In this document: piece by piece, positions 52,253 through 64,000 of the stretch | Layout: each line of letters opens with the position of its first letter | How positions within the stretch are numbered: position 1 is the first letter of the stretch | Origin: Trichinella spiralis | Lineage: Eukaryota | Direction: 5' to 3' | NCBI RefSeq assembly: GCF_000181795.1 | Contig: NW_003526941.1 | Span: forward strand, 8,257,714 to 8,321,713 | Length of the DNA: 64,000 nucleotides | Program-made: the position numbers and the translations under genes | The notes under the pieces: model-generated | Seen by the model: only the letters and a program-made list of their open reading frames with translations | Databases searched by the model: none | Told to the model about the DNA's origin: nothing

Positions 52253-55200
52253 ATGCTGAAGGTGTTTTCAAGGCTTGCATTGCAGCGTCAGGAGACGTTG
52301 CTGAAGATGACGGTTTTGGTTTTGGCAGCCGTATTATGTAAATAAATCCGACTGATAAAAATGCAAATTGCTATTGTTGTGGTTGTTGTTTTCAGCTTTT
52401 TCCACGAGACTGTTTTCAGTTCTACGTTTCGAAAGTGTTATACACGAATTTGATCCATATTTCAACTATCGAACGACCAAATATTTGACCGAGGAAGGTT
52501 TTTACAAATTTCACAATTGGTTCGACGATCAGGCTTGGTATCCGCTTGGCAGAATCATCGGTGGAACAATTTATCCTGGTTTGAATTTTTTCTTCAATTT
52601 TCCTGCTTTATTTGTTCGTATATTTTTTGCCCATGCTTCAGGTTTGATGGTTACGTCGACGTTTATTTATCGAATTTTGCACTTTTTCAACATCACACTG
52701 CACATTCGTGAAATTTGCGTTTTCCTCGCTCCACTGTTCAGCAGTTTTACAACATTGATCACTTACCTGTTGACGTCAGAATTCAAAGTTCGACAAAGCG
52801 GCAAAAGCATTTTCAATTAATTAATTAATATTGGTCATTTTCTTCTGTTTTTCTTTTCACAGGGCGACGGTGCGGGTTTGATCGCTGCTGGCATGATTGC
52901 CATTATTCCGGGATACATTTCCAGATCTGTAGCTGGCTCTTATGACAACGAAGGTATTGCCATATTTTGCATGCTGTTGACGTATTATTTTTGGATCAAA
53001 GCGGTCAAAACTGGAAGCATCTTTTGGTCGACACTCTGTGCACTTGCTTATTTTTACATGGTACGTTTTATACGATGATGGTGGTGTGTTGTTTTCTTGA
53101 GAAGACATTTTCTGCTTTGCTTTTTGTTCACAGGTTTCATCTTGGGGTGGTTATGTGTTTCTGATCAACCTTATACCGTTGCATGTGTTGACACTGTTGT
53201 GCTGTTCAAGATTTTCGCATCGAATTTACATCGCCTATTCAGTGGTGAGATAAGTTTATTCTTTCTTTCCCCCCCCCCCCCCCACTTCCCTCTCTTAAGT
53301 TAACATTTTTTAAATTTATTTTCATTTCAGGTATATACTTTGGGTACAATTTTATCTATGCAAATCCCGTTTGTGGGATTTCAACCCGTTTCGACAAGTG
53401 AACATATGGCTGTGGGTGTTGCCTTTGGTTTGATTAATATATTGATGTGAGATTGATTGATGAATTTTTCCAGGCATTAGGTGTGTTTGGAATTGTACAA
53501 ATTTACGCATTTTTCGCTTATTTACGTTCGAAATGCGCCGATACGCAGTTCAATTATCTTTTCCGAACAATTATAACGTTCGTTGCAATAGCAGGCATTT
53601 CTGTAATTCTTCTCGCTGAATTTTTTGGAAGTATGCATCGTGTTTTATTTATTTCAAAATAATTTACATGCTAAACGACTACTTACTTTTCACTTGAAAT
53701 GTTAAAGCAGCTCAGTTTTGTTTTCATATTTGTAGAAATTGCTCCGTGGACTGGACGATTTTACAGCTTGTTGGATCCGTCTTATGCAAAAAATCACATC
53801 CCAATTATTGCCAGTGTATCCGAACATCAGCCGACTACTTGGAGTTCATTCTATTTGGACACTCATATTTCTGTATTTTTATTTCCAGGTTTGATTAACA
53901 TTGAAATCAACTGATCACTTGCTGATTGATGGATTGATCAACTATTATTCATTTCAGCTGGCTTGTATTTTTGTTTCAAAAATTTAAACGACGCCAACAT
54001 ATTTATAATACTGTATGCAGTTACGAGCATCTACTTTTCGGTAATATTTTCATTTTCTTTTTTGAAATTAATTTGACAATTTTGATTTTCAGGGTGTGAT
54101 GGTTCGTTTGATGCTTGTATTAGCGCCGGTTATGTGCGTGATATCCGGAATTGCTGCGTCGTCGATTTTTGAATCTTTTTTGAGAAACTTCAGTCATTCT
54201 GCATCCACCGGTTTGGAGAAAAAATCGAAAAAACACGAAAATGATTATGCATGGAAAAATGAAGTAATGTTGTAATTTTTGTTGGCTTATGTGCAGTGCC
54301 TTGTATTCGATTCTTCCAACTGATGCAACTGTTGACCATTTCAGGTGGCTGGTACTGTAGTATTCATTTTGACACTATTTTTCATCAATTATACGTTTCA
54401 TTGCACCACAATAACGGAAACTGCTTACAGTTCGCCTAGTATTGTTTTGTCCGCACGCAGTGGTCGTGGTAATACGATCATTTTTGACGATTTTAGAGAA
54501 GCTTACTATTGGCTTCGCATGAACACACCGCCGGTAAGTTTATTTATTTTTTCTCATTACTGTTTGATTTATAAAAATTTTATTTATTGAAATTCTTTTC
54601 AGGATTCAAAAATCATGTCTTGGTGGGATTATGGCTATCAAATTACGGCTATGGCTAATAGGACCGTCTTAGTGGACAATAACACCTGGAACAATACTCA
54701 TATTTCAAGGGTTGGACAGGTAATAATTAATTATTATTGATATTTTGTTGTTGTTGTTGTTGTTGATGTTTGAAATTTTACTTGTAGGCTATGTCTTCAC
54801 CTGAAGATAAAGCTTACGAAATTATGCAAGAATTGGACGTTGATTATGTATTGGTAATATTTGGTGGTTTGATAGGCTACGCGTCAGATGGTAATTTTTA
54901 CATTTTTCTTTTTCTTTTTGATCTGATGTAGTATTTTGCTTTTTGATTCTATTCAGATATCAATAAATTTTTGTGGATGATAAGAATTGGCGGTTCCACG
55001 GAAAAAGGTAAACACATAAAAGAGGAAGATTATTATTCGGCTACTGGCGAATATCGAGTGGATAAGGAAGGATCGAAGACGATGTTGAATTCCATGATGT
55101 ACAAGTTTTCCTACTACAGATTTGGAGAGGTTTATACAGAGATGGGTAGGGAAAAGAATTTCCTATTGTTATGTGTATTTTGAATTAGAATATTAAAATT

Positions 55201-55362
55201 TTACTTTTAGACAAACCGTCTGGTTACGATCGCGTTCGAGGAAGTGAAATTGGAAACAAGAAAATCCAATTCCAACATTTCGAAGAAGCGTTCACAACGG
55301 AACATTGGCTTGTAAGAATTTATCGCGTCAAAGCGCCAAACAATCGTGGCATTTTAACATGA
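52253..55362 (+). CDS. STT3A: Oligosaccharyltransferase catalytic subunit, STT3A type
   Basis: [64 protein letters not shown] and [11 protein letters not shown]. Confidence 0.95.
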
Positions 55363-55853
55363 TCATCAAGTACTTTTTAAAATGTCTTTTTCAAATTCTG
55401 TTATTCTGTAGTTGTTATTTTTAAGTACGAGTTGAACAATTCGTAATAGTTTGTTTTTTTACTTGTTCCTGTGATGCACATATATCTTGCATAATATAAT
55501 AATTTACTCTGATGATTCCATAATTTTTGTTATTCCACAGTCTTCAGGTTTTTTTTTAATTTAAATTCAATTCTGTCATTTTTAATGTTCACATTTATTA
55601 TTTAAATTTGTTCAGTAAACATCTCTTTGCCATTCATTATGTGTCCATTTAATACGACGAACAATCAATTGAATATATTGTGTTCGAAAATGAAAATCGA
55701 AATTCACATTGCATGCTTATTACGATGGTAGGTTTAAAGTGCTTCTTTCACTGTATAGTTTAAACTTTAAAACAATCGCTTTAAAATATTTCAGTTGTGT
55801 TGAGTATTGGACTCATTGAATGTTTGTTAGTTGACGCATTAGTAGTTTGAAGC

Positions 55854-56929
55854 ATGTCGAAACATGGTAAAGACCCTTCGTTGGTGCATGTGAATGAAGT
55901 TATCGATGAGCGATACAAAGTGAAGAAACTTTTGGGCAAAGGTGGCTTTGGAGCAGTGTACCAAGTGCTGGACCAAAACACCAACAAAATGGGTGCAATG
56001 AAAGTATGAAGCAATACGTATATGTATTTCTTATATATAAATTTTCTTATTTTTTGTTTCAGATCGAAGTTTCTTCTCAAGATTTCAGATCGTTGAAAAT
56101 GGAAGTGTCGGTTTTGAAAGAATTGGTTGCCAACGAGTCGAGAAATTGTTGTGATCTCTTCTCGGTTGGCAACAAGCCAAACTATTCTTACATTGTGATG
56201 ACGTTGGTTGGTCCCAGTTTGCATTCTTTGGCTCAGTCGATTGGATCGAAGCGACTGTCACTGAGAAGTGCCGTCCACTTGGGCATCAGGTGCCTTCGTG
56301 CGTTGGAAGATTTGCATTTTTGCGGCTACGTTCACCGGGACGTCAAGCCGATGAATTATGCCATCGGTCGTGAGCCCGAATACAGACGAGTCTTCATCTT
56401 GGATTTCGGCATGTGCCGGAAATATATGCGCGACGATGGCTCACACAAACGACCCCGGTCCGAGTGCGGTTTCCGTGGCACATTGTGGTACGCGAGCCCC
56501 ATGTCGCTTAGCGGTCAGGAACAATCTCGTCGAGATGATCTCTGGTCGTGGTATTTTACAATAATTGAACTTTTGACCGGTACCGTGCCCTGGCAGAACG
56601 TCCAGATCAAACGCAATGCCAGTTTTGCTGAGAAGAAGCAGGCTTTTATGGAGAAAAAAATGGAATTTGTCCAAAATCCAACCGAAGCTTTGCGAGGTCT
56701 GCCACGAGAGTTCATCTCCATCATGGAATATTTGGTCACGTTGCAGTATTACGATTGTCCCAATTATGGTTATATCTATCAGTTGATTATGACCACGTTT
56801 CGTCGTCATTCCTACAACCTCGAGCAAGCGCTCGACTGGGAACCGACCGGACAATTTCACGAAGAAACAATCATGGCTCCGGATCACAATATGCTTCCGG
56901 GTGAAGAGGAGAATGATCCGGCTGTTTGA
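55854..56929 (+). CDS. CK1/tau-tubulin-kinase-like Ser/Thr kinase, 2 exons (55854-56003, 56063-56929)
   Basis: LGKGGFGAVY, AMK, YIVMTLVGPSL, HRDVKPMN, LDFGM, FRGTLWYAS and EQSRRDDLWSW. Confidence 0.92.
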
Positions 56930-59841
56930 ACTGACGCTTTTTGCAAAAAACTTCTTACTCACTTGTTCACTTTTATAACAATATAACTATTAGTGATAAC
57001 TACTTTTTTTTCCTATTTCTCAAAAATTAATCACCTATTCTTGATTTCAATTGCATTCGAATAACGCTCATTTAAACTCGATTTTTTTTGCTTTATCAAT
57101 TATATGTATAATAAATTATTTCAAATTTATTTTATACAAATGATCAGTGTTTGTTTGTGTTTCAGTTGCTAGAGGTGCAACGAATTCGAACATACTTTTA
57201 TTTATCGATGAATGACAGTTGCACAAATTTTGATTAATTCTAGATTTTACACATCTGACCGGCAGCTAGAAGTATATATAATTTTCACTTTTACCAATAA
57301 ATGTGATACCACTTTCTCAAGTGACAACTGTTCCGCAACGGTTTACTTTCTACTCGGTATGCATGCTCTTTCTTTTCAAACGTTTCACCTTTTTATTTAC
57401 AATAATGAAATACAAATTACATAAAGTTTTGCCAAATTAAGAGTACTGTAAGATTTACAATGTGATCGTGTAGTTTTTAATTTTATTAATTCACTTTTTC
57501 TACAATATTAAATAATAATTGAAGCTTTGAAATTTTTATCATCAGTACTGAAAAAAAACTTCAACATATATTACTTTGATCATTTAAAAAAAATAGGCTA
57601 CTTTACTGTTAACTGTTTAGAATAAGCAAGTATTAATTTTACGAGATACTGTATTAGTGTAGTGAAGGAAGAAAAAAATTTATTTTATTATTTTTTGTGA
57701 AAAATATTTTTCAAGTGCACACGAATCATTTGGCAAATTAAACCAGGCTTTTGAGCAATTTACAGTTCTTTTGTTTCAGGAAATAGCTCTGAACATCGTG
57801 CTCATTTTTTACAGTATGTTATTTTTCCAAATTGCTTTATCTTTGACAACCGTTAAAGCGGTCTGCTCATTTTACTGATGCATGTTTATTGTTTGAATTT
57901 TTTTATTCGAAAGTGAACCCAAGCATATTTTACAACAATTGTAATTCTATTCTTAATATTAAATTGTAAGTTCTTCAGAACAATTTTGTACATTTTCACT
58001 AGTAAGCAGTGCGTGATGTAAACATTATCCGGTAGAACAAGATAGATAACTGCTTGTTGTTGGGTTTGTGATGCAGATTTCCGCTTGATGAGTTTTCATT
58101 TTTGAATATTAACTTTTCCATGTTCACTTGTAATGAAATGTTTAAATTCATGATGAATAAGTAGTAGTTAGTCGAGTCGAAGATGTTTGACCGGTTTTCG
58201 AGCAGTCGCCTACTATATCTATGAGACTGTTTATCTGAAATACTATAAGACGTTGTTCCTTTTTTCAAGGAAGTGAATTCCTTTGGCTCATTTTGCACGG
58301 ACGATTTGAACCTGTTTGCCCAGAGAAAAGCCCGCACTTCCGTTTTGCGACCCATCCAAGCGTCTTTATGGAAAGGTAAATTTGCTCAAATGCTGACCTT
58401 TCTTTTTCTTCAACGTGGATCAACCATTTTATTTGTCAGTTGGCTTTTCTTTCGTTAATCGTTTTTCCTATGGGTGCAACGAAAATTTTCTTCCATTTTT
58501 TTTACTTCAACTGAAGACGTTTAATTAAAAAACCCATCATTTATCTTAACATACTTCATACAGTAAGATCGTTGATTGTTTTGTATTCTAGTGATGATGC
58601 TCCTTCATTTGTTTCATCATGTTATAAGTTTTCTTGTTTTTTCTTAACAAGTCATATTACTCATCATTTATCTAGTTTAATTTAATCGATAAAGGAAGAC
58701 GGTGGTAACAATTGAATTTCCATTTTTGGAAACCAACTGATAAAGATTTAATTTTTCTTCTTTAATTTAATGCAAAGTTTTCCAGTTTGTCGCTAATTGT
58801 AGAAATTCCTGTTATAATAAGTTGATGTTGAAAGCTGAAGGTATTCATTAATTATTCAGTGGTTTATATTTTACTTCACAATGACTTTTTACGATGTTTG
58901 AACAAAGTCAGATACTTAGAATGAGCAAGTTCTAATGTATTATTTTATTAATCACTTTAATGCGATGTCTCATGGAATTTGTTTGTGTAGAATGAAGTAT
59001 CAGTTATACATGAACTGTGACATCAAACAGGTAGTATTATTATATGAAGAATTTTTAATAATAATTTTAATATTTCATCTCATTTCAATTTTCCAGTGTC
59101 AATGTTTTCTCGACGTTTAAATCTTTCTAATTATGTTGTTTAAATTTAAGTGTTTAAGTAATTAATTTTATTGCAGCAAGTTGATGTTTAAATATTGCAC
59201 TGATTTTCGTCAAACTGTTGGTTCTTTTACACACCAATAGAATAAGGATAAGTTGAAATTTATTCACTGAGCAAATGTTATGAGGAAGGAAAAATGTTTG
59301 ATTTATGATTCGTTAGTTTTACTTTTTTTTATTTTGCATTTCGCAGAATGGTAATGAATGTTGTTTGTGAACGTTGTAGTATGAAATAGATTTATTTCAC
59401 TTTCGATTTAGCTTGGAGACAACATTCAGCACGCGCGTGATGCCGTTAAATTTTTACGTATTTAAACGTTCTTGATTTTATCATGTATGAATGTTGAATT
59501 TAAATAAGAAGTTGAGTTTTACTACCTCATTGTAATATTTAGTCACTAATGTCTGCAGCAGTTGTTCGTGCAGTGCATATTTCTCCTCTCTCAATCTCTG
59601 TCGGTACTGTTTGTCAATTTACTGTAAATGATTTGCAGGAACATTGTTATACAGTTGCGTTTTTTAGTTGGTTTTTTCCACTACGGTTAACATTTGAAGT
59701 GTTTAATACGGACAAGTGTAAAAGTATTCGCCTATTTTTTAGTAGTATATTTAACATTTTTTCATAACATAAAATTTTTTTATAGTAAAAAATATTTTCA
59801 AGGTTTCAGAGTAATAAAGTTAAGTGAAGAATGATGTGTAT

Positions 59842-60417
59842 ATGGATTTTGTGTTTGTTGTCATTGTAATATTGTGCTATCAACACTTTCGTGTGATTGG
59901 TGAATCATCGTCTCAAGTTGTGCAACAAGTGTTTTCTGGAGAACTGCAAGCCGGCAAATCTGCCTATTTTAAATTAACCAAAACGGGAGCGGTCGGAATA
60001 TTGTTGAAATCATTTTCTGGTGACGCAGATTTGTACGTTTCTACTGTAACTTCGGAACCTTCGTTTAAAATCGGCGAAAACGAGTTCCAGTCGGTCACCT
60101 GCGGAGTAGATTTGGTCCGAGTTCCGGAACAAACGTCAAGACCGTTGTACGTTGCCGTCTATGCGCATCCTTCGCATTTGGTCAGCCAGTACGCGCTTGT
60201 TATTAACGTGTTCGAAGGCAACGGAAGTGACCAGCGCATGCATCGCTGGGTAGAGCAGAAAAGTGGCTCTGAGTTGACATCCCTGCAAGAGGTCGAAGCG
60301 CTGTTCAACGATGAACGGCAGTATTTGATCAGCTCGAAGTTGATTTACATAACCGAGCTCGTTTCCACGTTGATTCTGTTGCTCGTCGACGGTTTGTTTG
60401 ATGCCATTGTCTTCTGA
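59842..60417 (+). CDS. UPF0669 / C6orf120 homolog, single exon
   Basis: Signal peptide, SGDADLYVS, QSVTCGVD, RPLYVAVYAHPSH and a hydrophobic C-terminus. Confidence 0.85.
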   Translation: MDFVFVVIVILCYQHFRVIGESSSQVVQQVFSGELQAGKSAYFKLTKTGAVGILLKSFSGDADLYVSTVTSEPSFKIGENEFQSVTCGVDLVRVPEQTSRPLYVAVYAHPSHLVSQYALVINVFEGNGSDQRMHRWVEQKSGSELTSLQEVEALFNDERQYLISSKLIYITELVSTLILLLVDGLFDAIVF

Positions 60418-62431
60418 AACGGCCATATCCTGAGGTTGTTTTTGTAATCCACTTGTCGTCACTGTTGCACACTTGGGTGGAAATGTAAGTTTTGTTTTTG
60501 TTTTTTTTGGTGTTTTTTCAGTTTTTTTCAAAAGGGTAGGGCAGACTTTTGATCGCGAACAATAATATATATATATATAGTTAATATCGACGAGGCAATC
60601 TTTTGTGCTGTTTATTTAGTTCGATCAGCTTGATCATATTTTCAAATGCAGTGTTGTAATTCACTGAATTTGTTTGCTTAAAGTTTAATGAATTTGTCAG
60701 TGCAAAAAATTCCACGAATGAATGACACACGATGTGTTTGTTGTTCTTGTTCTTGTTGCACAATTGAAGCATTGAATATTATTGACTTTATTTATTAATT
60801 GAAATTGCTTTTCTTGGCACAGTTTTTATTATTTCAACAATGCTGTAGAATTTAGAAAATTGAAATTTTATCTTTATGAAAAATGTTTCATTGGCAGCAG
60901 TTTATATGTGCTGACTTTTTGCTAAGCTTCAATTGTTTAATTTATTGATTTCATTTTAAAATTGCAAAACTTGTTTTATGAAATTATTTTATCTCAGCAA
61001 AGATTTCTTTTCTTTTCTTTCTTTCTATTATTTATTCTGAAATGATATTTCTTATGTTGCATTTGTTAAATGGAAATGTATTTTTCTTTTGTAAAAAAAA
61101 ATGCAAATTTCACTTTCTGATAAGAAGAAATTCAATCAGCGGTCGTCAATTTTATCATTGCCGAACATGATTGAACATTGTTGGTAATAATGCATGAAAA
61201 TGTCAAATAACTTATGCATAAATGTGTAATGCTCGAATCAGAATGAATAGATGCTCGCATGTTTAATATTCATTTCCAAGAAAAAAAAACCAAGTGCCAT
61301 TTAATTGTTATAAAAATGGAAATTTATGTAGTGTCTTTTTTTTGTTCTTCCTGAATTGTGTATGTCGTCTTTTTGGAAAGAGCAGTGCATTGTGTTGTCA
61401 TACTTTTCCATACTGTGACCGATCTAATTTTTTTTCTCTCACCAGGGAAGAAGTGGTGAACGTGAAGCAGAAGCAGCACATTTTCCGCCTGATTCGTCAT
61501 CTTATTTCACAAAAATAGGTTTCCTGACCGGCTTGCTGTTTGTATGGTGTTTTTTGTTCTGTTCATATTTCTTTGGGCAATTTTTTCTCCTTTATCCTCG
61601 TTCCTTTCTGGTGAAATATGTAAATTCACTTCACTTCATTTCATTCCATTTCACTATTTCTGCGGCATGGAACACAGACGAGGTGCAGTGAACTGATTTT
61701 TTTATATCATTGTTTTTTCGCTTCAATCCATTCAGTCGAGAGAGGGTGTGTCTGTGTGGGGGATGGAGGTGGGGAAGGGGAACAAGCATACGGAGGCGAA
61801 CTAGGTGAACATTGCCAAGTTTTTGTTTCTGTTGCCAAAATCTTATCTGGGTTAGCCAGCTTTATTAGCGCTTATCAGTTATCACATCATCTCCATCTAT
61901 TTGATGATTAATCTACGAAACATTTTCCTTCTTAGTTGGTAGGAGGGGGCGAGTGTTTTATTTGTTTGTACACTGTGATCAGTGTGTTTGACTAATGTAG
62001 TTTGTTACTAAGCAGTTGTTGTTGGTGTTTATTTTAATTTTCCAACCTTCCGGTGTATAACGATGTATATGTTGTTTTATTTTGCAGATGGAGAAATTGT
62101 TGTGTATTTTGTTTTTTGCTTTCAAGCAACAATCGTCTACTTGTCTACTGCTTTGTGCTTTTATTTACTTTTAGTAATTTCTTGCTTAGTTAGTATAGTA
62201 TATAGATATATGTAGATAGTTTGTAGCTTTTTTTTGTTCATAATGCAGAGAAATGCACAAATTGTTCGCTGTTGTTGTGCATTGGTGCGAAATTGTTTTT
62301 TCTTTTTCATAATTTGAATACTGATTGTTGATTCATGTGGTTTTTTTTCTTGATTCAGATTGAAAAGACAAGAATTGAAAAAACGTCTGCTGTTTGGTGA
62401 CATGTTGTGAAAAGGTTACTTAAATTGGAGA

Positions 62432-64000
62432 ATGGAATTCGCTGGTGGATTTTCAGCTTCTTCCGCTAAGCAGCGTAGCAACAACAGTTCGGTTGGGGTT
62501 CTTGGTCCGGCGGCGTCGACATCCACCAAGGATACTTTGCATTTGATCGAGGACGAAACTGCGGCCAAGCCGAGCGTGGCGGTCGGAATACTGCCGTCCA
62601 TTCACCACCACGGCACCACGTCGTTCACGGGTTCGTTGAGGGCGAAGATGAACGCTTCTTCGTCATTTTTACCAAATTACGCCAAATCGGCCAGCCAGAT
62701 GTTGCTCAACTCTGACGATACGACAGTCTGGGGTGACGTGGCTTTGGAGTCGACAAACCACGCATCCTCTGCTGCAGTGCCTTGCGACCACGAGTCGACC
62801 ATGATCAAGCGTCACTTCTGTGATGAACCGCAGCAGCAACAACAACACTATAGAAAATATTTGAACATGTCGCCGACGTCGGCGGCTTATTGGTCTTTGG
62901 AAAGTTTGAGAAAGAAAGTTCGTCGGTTTCCTTGGACTAATGTGAAAACGTTCGTCGGCTTTATATGCTTTCTGATCACCGTTCACGGCGCCCTGTCGAC
63001 CGGCTACACAATGTCCGTGATTACGACCATTGAAAAGCGTTTTCAAATTCCAAGCACCACGTCCGGCTTGATTGTCAGCTCGTACGAAATTGGAAGTCTC
63101 TTGTCGGTGGTATTTGTCAGCTACTTTGGTTCCAATGGTCACGTTCCATATTGGATCGGTTTCGGCGGATTGGTTCTGTCGTTGGGCTCGTTTTTGTTCT
63201 CGTTGCCCCATTTCGTCGCCACGCCTTATTCGTATTTGGAGAACAAATCGATCGAAGCGTTGCTGCTTCTGTCGCCAAATGCTGCCAACAACCTCGGCAA
63301 GGACCACTCGTTGCTCGACCAATCCGCTTCGGCTCCACTTTGTCAATTGTCCAACCAGAGTTCTTCTTCGTTGTACAACACCACTTGTTTGTCCCAAGAG
63401 ACCGAATCGTCCAACAATCACATTCTGGTCATGATGCTTGCCCAAATTCTGCTCGGCGTGGGCGGTTCACCGTTGTTCACACTTGGCACTACCTACATTG
63501 ACAATCACGTCGACAAAGAAAGTTCGTCCATTTATTTGGGTGAGTTGATGATTTAATTTTTGAAATTTTGTATATATTTCTCTTTTCATACGGTAGGCTT
63601 TTAATTTATTTTATTTTGTTTTTTTTAATACAAAAGCATTCATGTATGTCATGCTGGCATTTGGTCCAGTTTGTGGATTTTTGCTCGGCGGGTTGCTGTT
63701 GTCCGAATATGTGAATCCGAATTCGGCGCCGCCCGATTTGACGATCCAGTCGATCGGTTGGATAGGACTTTGGTGGGGCGGCTTTATCATTTGTGGCTTT
63801 TTCTATTTGTTGGCGTCGTTGCCGTTTTTCTGCTTTCCTCGACGTTTGACCGACGACCAAGACAACAGTCCTCGTTCGGATTACGGCAAAGACATCCGAA
63901 AGATTCCAGTATCAATTTTTCGTCTGATCACCAACAAAGTCTACATGGTTACGTCGTTCAACGCTTGCTTGGATTTGGCAATTGTGTCCGGTTTTACGGT
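62432..64000 (+). CDS. Organic anion transporting polypeptide (SLCO/OATP), 3' end outside window
   Basis: SVITTIEKRFQIPS..GLIVSSYEIG..FVSYFG..GHVPYWIG..SLPHF, GVGGSPLFTLGTTYIDNHV, GPVCGFLLGG and WIGLWWGGF. Confidence 0.93.

Noticed and set aside
57700..59400. 118-aa minus ORF and exon-like patches
   Set aside because: No ATG-supported model or motif, and neighbouring frames are interrupted by stops.
62669..63445. Long antisense ORF (also 56441-56962 and 60136-60531)
   Set aside because: Shadow ORFs opposite GC-richer real exons.
1..64000. tRNA, rRNA, SL RNA genes and U12-type introns
   Set aside because: No cloverleaf, rRNA similarity, convincing SL plus Sm-site structure or RTATCCTT donor was seen by eye. 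A covariance-model scan would be needed to exclude them.

Overview
Eukaryotic, AT-rich, intron-dense nematode DNA. Short introns, the gene set and the 10-N gap style suggest a Trichinella-like clade I nematode draft assembly (inference). Bases 1-14.4 kb are gene-poor and dominated by a ~10 kb nested palindrome. It has 2.6 kb inverted arms, mirror-image GGTAAGT/ACTTACC arrays, and a central 224-bp tandem unit made of octamer and GCCNNNGGC hairpins. A short Harbinger-like remnant lies nearby. From 19.7 kb on there is a compact run of spliced genes: PINCH/unc-97, RPL35A, Hey, a divergent HP1 (minus), membrin, CNTD1/cosa-1, DCST1/sneaky-like, a SAM methyltransferase, mitochondrial MetRS, a histidine acid phosphatase, a small three-exon secreted peptide precursor (minus), SNX17, a miRNA-type Argonaute with a PIWI insertion, STT3A, a TTBK/CK1 kinase, a C6orf120 homolog and a partial OATP. 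Four duplications beside gaps are probably assembly artefacts. Exon structures were assembled by eye, and family calls come from remembered motifs, not from database searches.
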